Assembly (NCBI GenBank): GCA_037444445.1 | Contig: JBBIMK010000001.1 | Location: 1 to 32,000 of the forward strand | Direction: 5' to 3' | Source: a bacterium | GTDB taxonomy: Bacteria; UBP7; UBA6624; JBBIMK01 | Length of the DNA stretch: 32,000 nucleotides | Shown here: one piece after another, positions 6,647-13,682 of the stretch | Layout: each line of letters starts with the position of its first letter | How positions within the stretch are numbered: the first letter of the stretch is position 1 | Translations under genes and position numbers: made by a program | The notes under the pieces: model-generated | The model's database searches: none | Told to the model about the DNA's origin: nothing | The model's input: the letters and a program-made list of their open reading frames with translations, nothing else

Positions 6647-7851
6647 GCCTTTGAGGTTGGAGGGTTTTGTTCTAATAAGGCGGTTTGGAGGCGTTTTACC
6701 ATCAGGGTGGCGTAGGAAGCGGGGGGGAGGGAACAGTGAAGCCAGGCTTTGAGCCTGCCGGGATAGAGTTCATCTGGCTCAAAGGGGCTGAGTTGAAGGG
6801 TTTCCGGGAAGAGAAGGAAATTGCGGGGGGTAGATTTGAAGCAGGCTCTTTTGAGCCACGGCAGGCGAAAGGCTTCTGGAGTGAGTTTTTCACGGGAGAG
6901 AATTTCCTCATAAACCTTCAGGAATAGAGGGTCGGAAGGAAGTGATGTGGCATCTACCAGCGGGAGTTTTGCTTGCCGGAGGTAGTCGAGTTTGTCGTCA
7001 GGAAGGGTTTGATAGAAGTAGAAGGAACCAGCCGGATGCTTCCAGATGAGAAAGGGTTCGTCGGGCAGGAATTTTTGGAGGATGAGAATAGCCATTTCGT
7101 TCCAGAGGTAACTCTGGTAAGCGTTGATGAGAATGGAAAGAAGGTGAGAAGGAATCTGGTTGACGGCCTGTGTGAAGGCGGTGGGGTGGTTTTTTAAGAA
7201 GGTGAGAATTTTTTGCTCACTGCCTCTGGGAGTCAGGGGCAGGGCTTTATGCCAGTTGCCCCAGTGGTGGAAGAGGAAGCGTTTGAAGGCTTTGATGCGG
7301 GCGGGGTCTTCGCGAGATGGCTGGGCGAGGAAGAGTTTCAGGGCACCCTCCGGGTCGTTCTTCAGCAGACGGTCGGCGAAGAACCCCTTCCCGTGACGGG
7401 CGCTCCCAAATCGCTGCTCGTCAAAGTAGTTCACCACTCCGAACTGAGCGATTTCTTTCAGGGATTGCAGGATTTTTGAGCGGTGGGCCTTCGGTATGTG
7501 ACGAAGGAGGATTTTGAAGCGATTGCCCTTGAGGAGTCGGGAAGTGATAGGTTCATCGGCGTAGCCAATGTGAATGAGGGAAAAGTTCTGCTGGTGGATG
7601 GAGCGGGATGGCGGGGGATTGCCTGTAATGGACAGGTATTGAACGGTAAGGGCATGGCGGTCTTTTAATCCAGCGTAGTGGAAATTTCTTTCTGGTAAGC
7701 GAAGGTGACGGGAGAGGATGGAGACACAGTCCAGGGTGGTGAGGCTCTTTTTTTCCAGGCGAAAGATAGCGTGTTTTCCAGAGGAACTGAGAGTGGGTAG
7801 ATGGAGAGTTTCTTCTACGATGAATTCTTCGGGTTTGACTTTAATTTTCAC
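6643..7851 (-). CDS. truD: tRNA pseudouridine synthase TruD family
   Basis: 402 aa with a GTG start. PEEFIVEE, YAGLKDRHALT (catalytic Asp motif GxKD) and NYFDEQRFG match TruD/Pus7 hallmarks. Confidence 0.9.
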   Translation of the reverse strand: MKIKVKPEEFIVEETLHLPTLSSSGKHAIFRLEKKSLTTLDCVSILSRHLRLPERNFHYAGLKDRHALTVQYLSITGNPPPSRSIHQQNFSLIHIGYADEPITSRLLKGNRFKILLRHIPKAHRSKILQSLKEIAQFGVVNYFDEQRFGSARHGKGFFADRLLKNDPEGALKLFLAQPSREDPARIKAFKRFLFHHWGNWHKALPLTPRGSEQKILTFLKNHPTAFTQAVNQIPSHLLSILINAYQSYLWNEMAILILQKFLPDEPFLIWKHPAGSFYFYQTLPDDKLDYLRQAKLPLVDATSLPSDPLFLKVYEEILSREKLTPEAFRLPWLKRACFKSTPRNFLLFPETLQLSPFEPDELYPGRLKAWLHCSLPPASYATLMVKRLQTALLEQNPPTSKA

Positions 7852-7863
7852 GGTGGCATGTTA

Positions 7864-7901
7864 GGGCAAGAGGGTGAGAGGGCAAGAGGGAGAGAGGGCA
7901 G
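7864..7901. repeat. Tandem 8/16-bp repeat (GGGNNAGA x ~4.75) filling the intergenic gap between the four-helix-bundle gene and truD
   Basis: GGGCAAGA GGGTGAGA GGGCAAGA GGGAGAGA GGGCAG. There are five G3 tracts with 5-nt spacers on the plus strand, giving a CU-rich tract on the mRNA strand. Confidence 0.9.
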
Positions 7902-8297
7902 TTATTTTGAGTTCCTCCTATTGGCTTGCTTCTTCCTTAAAGTTCCGATGAATGGGTTCAGCATGGGCAAAATTTCAAGGCAACTGGACTTCCTTGCTGA
8001 AAAAGTATCTTCATCAATAAAAATGAGGGTGTGGGGCTTGATGAGCCAGTTTAAGGTTTCGTGGGTAGACCCTCGTGCAATGGTGAGGGAATGAATATAT
8101 TCAGCCCCACTTCGCCTGTCCCAGCCTTCAGCGATATTGGTGGAAATAGAGCCAGTGGAACGGATAAGTTTCCCAGCAATTGTCCGTGGGGAGGTTTTCG
8201 GTGGAAATCTTTCTACATCTTCTGCTACTCGGAGGAATAGTTCATGAGCCTTTCGCCATAAAACCAGCTCCTGAAAAGATTCCACTTTTTTCTCCAT
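7902..8297 (-). CDS. Four-helix-bundle protein (23S rRNA intervening-sequence protein / Avd-like family, PF05635-like)
   Basis: 131 aa. NIAEGWDRRSGAEYIHSLTIARGSTHETLNWL matches the NIAEG...A.GS..E pattern of this family. Confidence 0.75.
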   Translation of the reverse strand: MEKKVESFQELVLWRKAHELFLRVAEDVERFPPKTSPRTIAGKLIRSTGSISTNIAEGWDRRSGAEYIHSLTIARGSTHETLNWLIKPHTLIFIDEDTFSARKSSCLEILPMLNPFIGTLRKKQANRRNSK

Positions 8298-8308
8298 TCC
8301 AAGAGTTC

Positions 8309-8314
8309 ATTATA
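8309..8314 (-). promoter_or_regulatory. Candidate -10 box (TATAAT) for the four-helix-bundle/truD/cas train
   Basis: The minus strand reads CAGATATAATGAAC. The -10 box ends 11 nt before ATG 8297, implying a very short leader. There is no good -35. Confidence 0.3.
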
Positions 8315-8399
8315 TCTGATGTGGAAAGCGGTGAGACTCCACCGGAGCTTGTGTCCTTTGCATTTCCTATTCTCTGAACTTCCGTGCCCTCATCGTCTT

Positions 8400-8428
8400 T
8401 TGTCCCCTCGCTCTCCCTTTGGTATGAT
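8400..8428 (+). promoter_or_regulatory. Candidate sigma-70-type promoter for yjbQ-fadD
   Basis: TTGTCC (8400-8405), a 17-nt spacer, then TATGAT (8423-8428) preceded by TG (8420-8421). AGGAGGG and ATG 8450 lie downstream. Confidence 0.4.
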
Positions 8429-8449
8429 AAAGACAGGAGGGATGGAAGG

Positions 8450-8887
8450 ATGGCATATTTGAAGGAAATAGAGTTTAGCACGAAGGGGTTTAATCATATA
8501 GTGGATATTACGGGGGATGTGCAGAAGGCGGTGGAGGAGTCAACTTATCGTGATGGGCTTGCCTGTGTGTTTGTGGCGGGGTCTACTGCTGGGGTGACGA
8601 CGATTGAGTTTGAGGAAGGAGTGCTGGAGGATTTATCTAAGGCGATAGAGCGGATGGCACCGCAGAATATTCCATACGCTCACGACAGGAAATGGGGGGA
8701 TGGGAATGGGTTTTCTCATGTGAGGGCGGCGCTGGTGGGGGCTTCACTGACGGTGCCATTTCAGGCGCGAAGATTGTTGCTGGGAACCTGGCAGCAGGTG
8801 GTGCTGGTGGATTTTGACAACCGCCCCCGAAGGCGAAAGGTTTTTATTCAGGTTCTTGGAGGAAGAGAGGAAGGGGTGAGCGAGTAA
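8450..8887 (+). CDS. yjbQ: YjbQ/UPF0047 family (secondary thiamine-phosphate synthase enzyme)
   Basis: Track ORF 8384..8887 trimmed to ATG 8450 (AGGAGGG SD). GSTAGVTTIEFEEGVLEDL, YAHD, NGFSHVRAAL and LGTWQQVVLVDFD fit the family pattern. Confidence 0.85.
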   Translation: MAYLKEIEFSTKGFNHIVDITGDVQKAVEESTYRDGLACVFVAGSTAGVTTIEFEEGVLEDLSKAIERMAPQNIPYAHDRKWGDGNGFSHVRAALVGASLTVPFQARRLLLGTWQQVVLVDFDNRPRRRKVFIQVLGGREEGVSE

Positions 8888-8901
8888 AAGGGGGAAGGCA
8901 A

Positions 8902-10644
8902 GTGGAAGAAAAAATCTGGTTTAAGTATTATGACAATTATGTGAAAAAGCATCTGGAATATCCAGATATTTCCCTTCATGAGTTGGTCTCATCAAGAGCC
9001 AGGGAGCACTGGAATAAAACTGCTCTGGTGTTTATGCAATATCGGATGAGTTATAAGCAACTGGAAGAAGAAAGCAACTGTTTTGCGCATTTTTTGTTGA
9101 AGAAGGGGATTGGGAAGGGGAAGCAGGTGGTGCTGGTGCTGGCGAACACGCCGCACTTTCCAGTGGCGTATTATGGGGTATTAAAGGCGGGGGCAACGGC
9201 GGTGCCGGTGAACCCATTATATACTGCCCGGGAACTGGTATATTTTTTGAAAGATTCTGAAGCTTCTCTGGTGGTCGCGTTTGATATGTTTGCGCAGCGG
9301 GTGAGGAGTGCGTGCGAAGAGGCGGGGATTCGGGATGTGGTGGTGGGGAGTGCGGCGGATTATCTTCCACCCATTCAAGCGTTTCTGTATCGTTTCCTGA
9401 AAAAGGGAAGGGGAGAAGGAAAGCAGAGAAGCGAAGGAGGGATGAGGAGTTCAGGGGTTGAAAATCGGGGTGGGGAGTTCGGAGTTCGGAGTTCGGGGTT
9501 GAAGGGTTTCAGTGCTAAAGAATTGGTGGGAATAGGGTTTCGGCAGGCATTGAGAGAAGGCTCACCCTACCCTACCGGGGTTCAGGTGAAGGGAGATGAC
9601 CTGGCGACATTGATTTATACGGGTGGAACGACTGGAGTTTCTAAGGGGGCTATGCTATTACATCGGAATTTAGTGGCAAATACTTTACAGTGTTCTGCGT
9701 GGTTTCCCGAGATCAGCCAGGGGCGAGCCACTTTCGTGGCGGTGATGCCATTTTTTCATTCCTTTGGCCTCACAGTGGCATTGAATTTTGGGCTGTATAT
9801 GGGGGCGGAGATTGTGTTAATTCCCCGGTTTCATGCCAGAACCCTGCTTGAAACATTACAGATACTTCGTCCACCGGTTGTTCTTCCCGCAATTCCTTCT
9901 ATCTTTTCAGCGATTAACCACTTTCCGAGGATTGAGCAGTATAATCTTTCATCGCTCTGGGTTTCTATCAGCGGTGGTGCGCCATTGCCGGTAGAGGTGC
10001 AGAAGAAGTTTGAAGCATTAACTCATTCTATACTGGTGGAAGGGTTTGGGCTGACGGAAACTTCACCGGTGACCCATGTGAACCCACTCCTCGGGAAGCG
10101 GAAGGAGGGGAGTATTGGATTACCTTTGCCGGATACGGATGTGAAGATAGTGGATGTGGAAAATGGTAAGAAGGAACTACCGGCAGGAGAAGAAGGAGAA
10201 GTTATTATCAAAGGTCCTCAAGTTATGGCTGGCTACTGGAAGAATGCGGAGGAAACGGCGAAAGTTCTTATGGATGGGTGGCTTTACACGGGCGACATCG
10301 GAAGGATGGATGAAGACGGGTTCTTTTATATCGTGGACCGGAAGAAGGATATGGTTATCACGGAGGGGTTTAATGTATTTCCGAGGGAGATTGAGGAGGT
10401 TTTATATACTCATCCGAAGGTGAAAGATGCGGCGGCGGTGGGCGTAAAAGACCGCTTAAAAGGAGAAGTGGTGAAGGCGTTCGTAGTTCCTAAGGAGGGC
10501 GAAATCCTGACAAAAGAAGAAATCCTGAACTACTGTCAGGAGCATCTTGCCTGGTATAAAGTTCCGAAGTCTGTGGAATTTTTGCAGGAGTTGCCCAGAA
10601 GCGCCATCGGGAAAGTGTTGAGAAGGGAATTGAAAAAGCAATGA
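8902..10644 (+). CDS. fadD: Long-chain fatty acid--CoA ligase (AMP-binding enzyme)
   Basis: 580 aa with a GTG start. YTGGTTGVSKGAMLLHRNL (AMP-binding motif), GFGLTETSP, YTGDIGRMDEDGFFYIVDRKKD and a C-terminal GKVLRREL. Confidence 0.9.
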   Translation: MEEKIWFKYYDNYVKKHLEYPDISLHELVSSRAREHWNKTALVFMQYRMSYKQLEEESNCFAHFLLKKGIGKGKQVVLVLANTPHFPVAYYGVLKAGATAVPVNPLYTARELVYFLKDSEASLVVAFDMFAQRVRSACEEAGIRDVVVGSAADYLPPIQAFLYRFLKKGRGEGKQRSEGGMRSSGVENRGGEFGVRSSGLKGFSAKELVGIGFRQALREGSPYPTGVQVKGDDLATLIYTGGTTGVSKGAMLLHRNLVANTLQCSAWFPEISQGRATFVAVMPFFHSFGLTVALNFGLYMGAEIVLIPRFHARTLLETLQILRPPVVLPAIPSIFSAINHFPRIEQYNLSSLWVSISGGAPLPVEVQKKFEALTHSILVEGFGLTETSPVTHVNPLLGKRKEGSIGLPLPDTDVKIVDVENGKKELPAGEEGEVIIKGPQVMAGYWKNAEETAKVLMDGWLYTGDIGRMDEDGFFYIVDRKKDMVITEGFNVFPREIEEVLYTHPKVKDAAAVGVKDRLKGEVVKAFVVPKEGEILTKEEILNYCQEHLAWYKVPKSVEFLQELPRSAIGKVLRRELKKQ

Positions 10645-10666
10645 ACACCATACACGCGATTACGAG

Positions 10667-11773
10667 TTAGATTCCCAGTAAAGATTGGTAGACCTGGAGA
10701 GTTTTCTGTGTAAATTGCTGGATGGAAAAATGATGCATGGCGCGAAGGAATCCTGCTTCTCCCATTTTTTTCGCTTTTTCAGGGTTTTGAAATAGTTCCT
10801 GAAGGGCATCGGCGAGAGAAGAAGTGTCGCCGGGCGGGAATAAAATGCCCGTTTCACCGGGCTGGATGACATCCAGGATTCCACCGTGGGCAGAGGCAAT
10901 TACCGCCTTTTTCATTGCCATTGCCTCCAGGGCAGTTCTACCAAATGCCTCGGGTACCGTGGATGGAACCACTACTACATCTAAGATGCTGAGATAGAGG
11001 GGAACATTTTCAGTGAAGCCGGTGAAACGGACGAATTCCTGGAGATGCCATTGATTGACGAGATTGAGCATAGAGTTTTTGTAGCCTATATGGGCCCTGG
11101 CATCGCCCACAATGACTGCATAGAGGGGATAGTTTTTTTTATGGAGAAGCGATAATGCCTTCAAGAAGACCAGATGCCCTTTTCCGGGAGAAAGCCTGCC
11201 AATCATACCTGCTACAAAAGCATCTGTGGGGATGTGGAGTTGTTCTCTCAATCGGGCGCTTTCCTGCATAGCAGGGGGAGCAAATTCATTGAAGTTGATG
11301 CCCCGTGGTATGACGATGATTTTATGTGAGGGAATGCGGAATTTTAACACGAGGTAATCCGCAAGGGGATGACTGACCACGATGATTTTCTCACCCAGCA
11401 TAATGGAGCGTGAGAGGAGATGAGGACGGTAATAACCGTGTGCCGTGGTCAGAAAATGACAGGAAGTAGAGCGCGTGGCAAGATAGGCAACCCACGCGGG
11501 CATGCGAGAGCGAGCATGAACGATTTGTATCCCTTCTTTCTGGAGGAATCGCTTTAGAGGGAGTATGCAGGAAAGGGCGAGGAAAGGGTTTTTGGAACCG
11601 ATGGGGAGAGTGAAGTGCACTCCGCCGATTTTTTCAATTTCAGAGACGAGCCTGCCTCCACCGGAAACCACACAGGGATTGGAGCCAGATTGAACGAGGG
11701 CATGAGCAATTTCAACAGTGCCTCGCTCCACACCCCCGTAGTCCAATCGTGGAAGCACCTGCAACACTTTCAT
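10667..11773 (-). CDS. Glycosyltransferase, GT4-like (GT-B fold)
   Basis: MKVLQVLPRLDYGGVERGT N-terminus and the EAFGRTALEAMAMKKAVIAS (E-x7-E region) C-terminal domain. The start could instead be ATG 11800. Confidence 0.85.
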   Translation of the reverse strand: MKVLQVLPRLDYGGVERGTVEIAHALVQSGSNPCVVSGGGRLVSEIEKIGGVHFTLPIGSKNPFLALSCILPLKRFLQKEGIQIVHARSRMPAWVAYLATRSTSCHFLTTAHGYYRPHLLSRSIMLGEKIIVVSHPLADYLVLKFRIPSHKIIVIPRGINFNEFAPPAMQESARLREQLHIPTDAFVAGMIGRLSPGKGHLVFLKALSLLHKKNYPLYAVIVGDARAHIGYKNSMLNLVNQWHLQEFVRFTGFTENVPLYLSILDVVVVPSTVPEAFGRTALEAMAMKKAVIASAHGGILDVIQPGETGILFPPGDTSSLADALQELFQNPEKAKKMGEAGFLRAMHHFSIQQFTQKTLQVYQSLLGI

Positions 11774-11826
11774 AGGTAACTCATGTAAATTATAGACCAT
11801 AAGGGCATAAGCCTTATAATAGAGGT

Positions 11827-13635
11827 GTGTGCGGGATTGCCGGGATTCTTCGGTTTGATGGCGGGAAAGTAGAGCAGGACTGGCTGAAGCAGATGGCGGA
11901 GAGTTTGAAACACCGGGGTCCGGATGGAGAGGGGTATTATGTGGACCGGGCGGAGAGATTTGGGCTGGCTTTCCGCAGGCTTGCCATTATTGACCTGGTG
12001 ACGGGCGACCAGCCTATGTGCAACGAAGATAGCTCCATCTGGATTGTCTTGAATGGAGAAATTTACAATTTTATTGACATCCGAAGGCAGCTGGACGGGC
12101 ACGGGCATTACTTCAAAACCCAGAGTGATACGGAAAGCGTTCTTCATGCTTATGAAGAGTGGGGCCCGGATTGCATAGAGAGATTGCGAGGGATGTTTGC
12201 ATTTCTGATTTTAGACCTGCGTTCCAGGAAGATATTCTTCGTTCGCGACCGCCTGGGAATTAAACCTTTTTATTACTCCTTCCAGAGCGGTATTTTTACC
12301 TTCGCCTCTGAATTGAAAGCATTTCATCGGTTACCTTTCCTGAACCTGGAGATACATATACCTTCAGTAGTTGACTATCTGCGATATGGATATGTGCCAT
12401 CGCCGGCAACGATTTTTGCGGGTATTCATAAATTGCCTCCTGCCTGTGCGGGTGTGATAGATTTCAGCCGTGAAAGGGTTCTCCCGGTGGAGCCCATAGT
12501 GCGCAGGTACTGGAAGCCCCGATGGGAAGCCAATGAAAAACCCACCCTGAAAGAGTGGATGAAAAAGTTAGAGGAGAAGTTGAAGGAAACTGTCTCCACC
12601 TACCTGGTGTCGGATGTGCCGCTGGGAGCCTTTTTAAGCGGTGGAACGGATTCCTCTACTGTGGTGGCATTGATGGCACAGACGGCAGGTAAGGAGAGGG
12701 TAAAAACTTTCTCTATCGGGTATAAAGAGCGTCTGTTCAATGAACTTCCTTATGCTCGTCTGGTGGGGAAAAAGTATGAAACAGAATCTACGGAAAAGAT
12801 TATTGCTTCTGAGGAACTGGAGAAAGCGGCAGAGCAGTTACCCCGGATTTTTGATGAACCATTTGCGGACTCTTCCGCATTGCCAACTTACTGTGTTTCA
12901 GCACTGGCAAGTGAAAAAGTAAAGGTGGCTCTCTCTGGAGATGGTGGGGATGAATTGTTCGCAGGTTACGGAAGATATAGAAAGGTTCTGAAAATGAGCC
13001 ACGGGGGATTTTCCCTCCTGAAATGGCGATGGACTCCCGTGCATCCCCTCGAAATCTTTGAAAGCGGTCAGCGAATTTTTACCGATGCACAGATTTCGCA
13101 AATTATTCTTCCAGAATATTCTCCTTACATTCACCCATCGGACTATTTTCTTCAGTTTTTTGAAGAAGGAGCCGAGTGGGATCTACTTTCTGCACTTCAG
13201 CATATAGATTTAATGACCTACCTGCCTGAAAATAACCTGACGAAGGTGGACCGGGCGAGCATGGCTCACGGGTTAGAGGTTCGGGTGCCATTTCTGGACC
13301 ATGAAGTCGTGGAACTGGCTGTGACAATTCCTCCTGAGTTACGACACCCGGGCAGGCAGAGGAAATATATCCTGAAAAAGGTGATGGAATCTCACCTGCC
13401 ACGGCGGGTGCTTTACCGAAAGAAACGTGGGTTTTCTATTCCTCTTCGTTTGTGGATGAAAGGGGGATTTCTGAAGAAAGTGAAAGAGAGCCTGCTTTCA
13501 CCGGAGATGAGAAATTTTGCGACAGAAAAGGGTGTGATGAAACTACTGAAGGAACAGGAAAAAAATCCACGCCGGATGTCAGCCCATCTGTGGGCATTAC
13601 TTTTCTTTAGCCGGTGGCTGACCACCTGGAAGTGA
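11827..13635 (+). CDS. asnB: Asparagine synthase (glutamine-hydrolysing) family amidotransferase
   Basis: 602 aa. The N-terminus MCGIAGI has the Cys2 nucleophile (GTG start directly before TGC). It also has the LSGGTDSS PP-loop motif. Confidence 0.9.
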   Translation: MCGIAGILRFDGGKVEQDWLKQMAESLKHRGPDGEGYYVDRAERFGLAFRRLAIIDLVTGDQPMCNEDSSIWIVLNGEIYNFIDIRRQLDGHGHYFKTQSDTESVLHAYEEWGPDCIERLRGMFAFLILDLRSRKIFFVRDRLGIKPFYYSFQSGIFTFASELKAFHRLPFLNLEIHIPSVVDYLRYGYVPSPATIFAGIHKLPPACAGVIDFSRERVLPVEPIVRRYWKPRWEANEKPTLKEWMKKLEEKLKETVSTYLVSDVPLGAFLSGGTDSSTVVALMAQTAGKERVKTFSIGYKERLFNELPYARLVGKKYETESTEKIIASEELEKAAEQLPRIFDEPFADSSALPTYCVSALASEKVKVALSGDGGDELFAGYGRYRKVLKMSHGGFSLLKWRWTPVHPLEIFESGQRIFTDAQISQIILPEYSPYIHPSDYFLQFFEEGAEWDLLSALQHIDLMTYLPENNLTKVDRASMAHGLEVRVPFLDHEVVELAVTIPPELRHPGRQRKYILKKVMESHLPRRVLYRKKRGFSIPLRLWMKGGFLKKVKESLLSPEMRNFATEKGVMKLLKEQEKNPRRMSAHLWALLFFSRWLTTWK

Positions 13636-13682
13636 TGGCAAAAGGGCAAGAAAGCAGAAAGAGGCATAAAGATTTTTCTGTT

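Noticed and set aside
7902-8297. Four-helix-bundle protein as the missing HEPN partner of the MNT gene
   Set aside because: The candidate motif is R-G-S-T-H (R-x3-H), not the HEPN R-x4-6-H. The NIAEG...ARGS..E pattern fits the PF05635 (23S rRNA IVS/Avd-like) family instead, and the gene is 2 kb and two genes away from the MNT.
7902-8297. Diversity-generating retroelement, suggested by the Avd-like protein
   Set aside because: There is no reverse transcriptase ORF and no template/variable repeat pair anywhere in the window. PF05635 genes commonly occur alone.
9032-9370. 112-aa proline-rich minus-strand ORF inside the acyl-CoA ligase gene
   Set aside because: It is antisense to a gene with clear AMP-binding motifs. 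The proline richness reflects a G-rich coding strand.
11815-11820. TATAAT box 6 nt upstream of the asnB GTG start as a leaderless-mRNA promoter
   Set aside because: The spacing would place the transcription start on a GTG codon, and leaderless initiation normally needs AUG. AGAGG between the box and the start suggests a conventional leader transcribed from a promoter further upstream. Left unannotated.
12800-12823. Partial match of the mini-array spacer (reverse complement TTATTGCTTATGTAG...) to asnB (TTATTGCTTCTGAGG...)
   Set aside because: Only a 9-nt perfect run, followed by scattered identities (about 16 of 24). This is within chance expectation for a 32-kb window and was not pursued as a protospacer.
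13636-13682. Bidirectional terminator between convergent asnB and the acetyl-CoA synthetase gene
   Set aside because: Only a weak CAGAAA...TTTCTG pairing with a long loop was found. It is not convincing enough to annotate.
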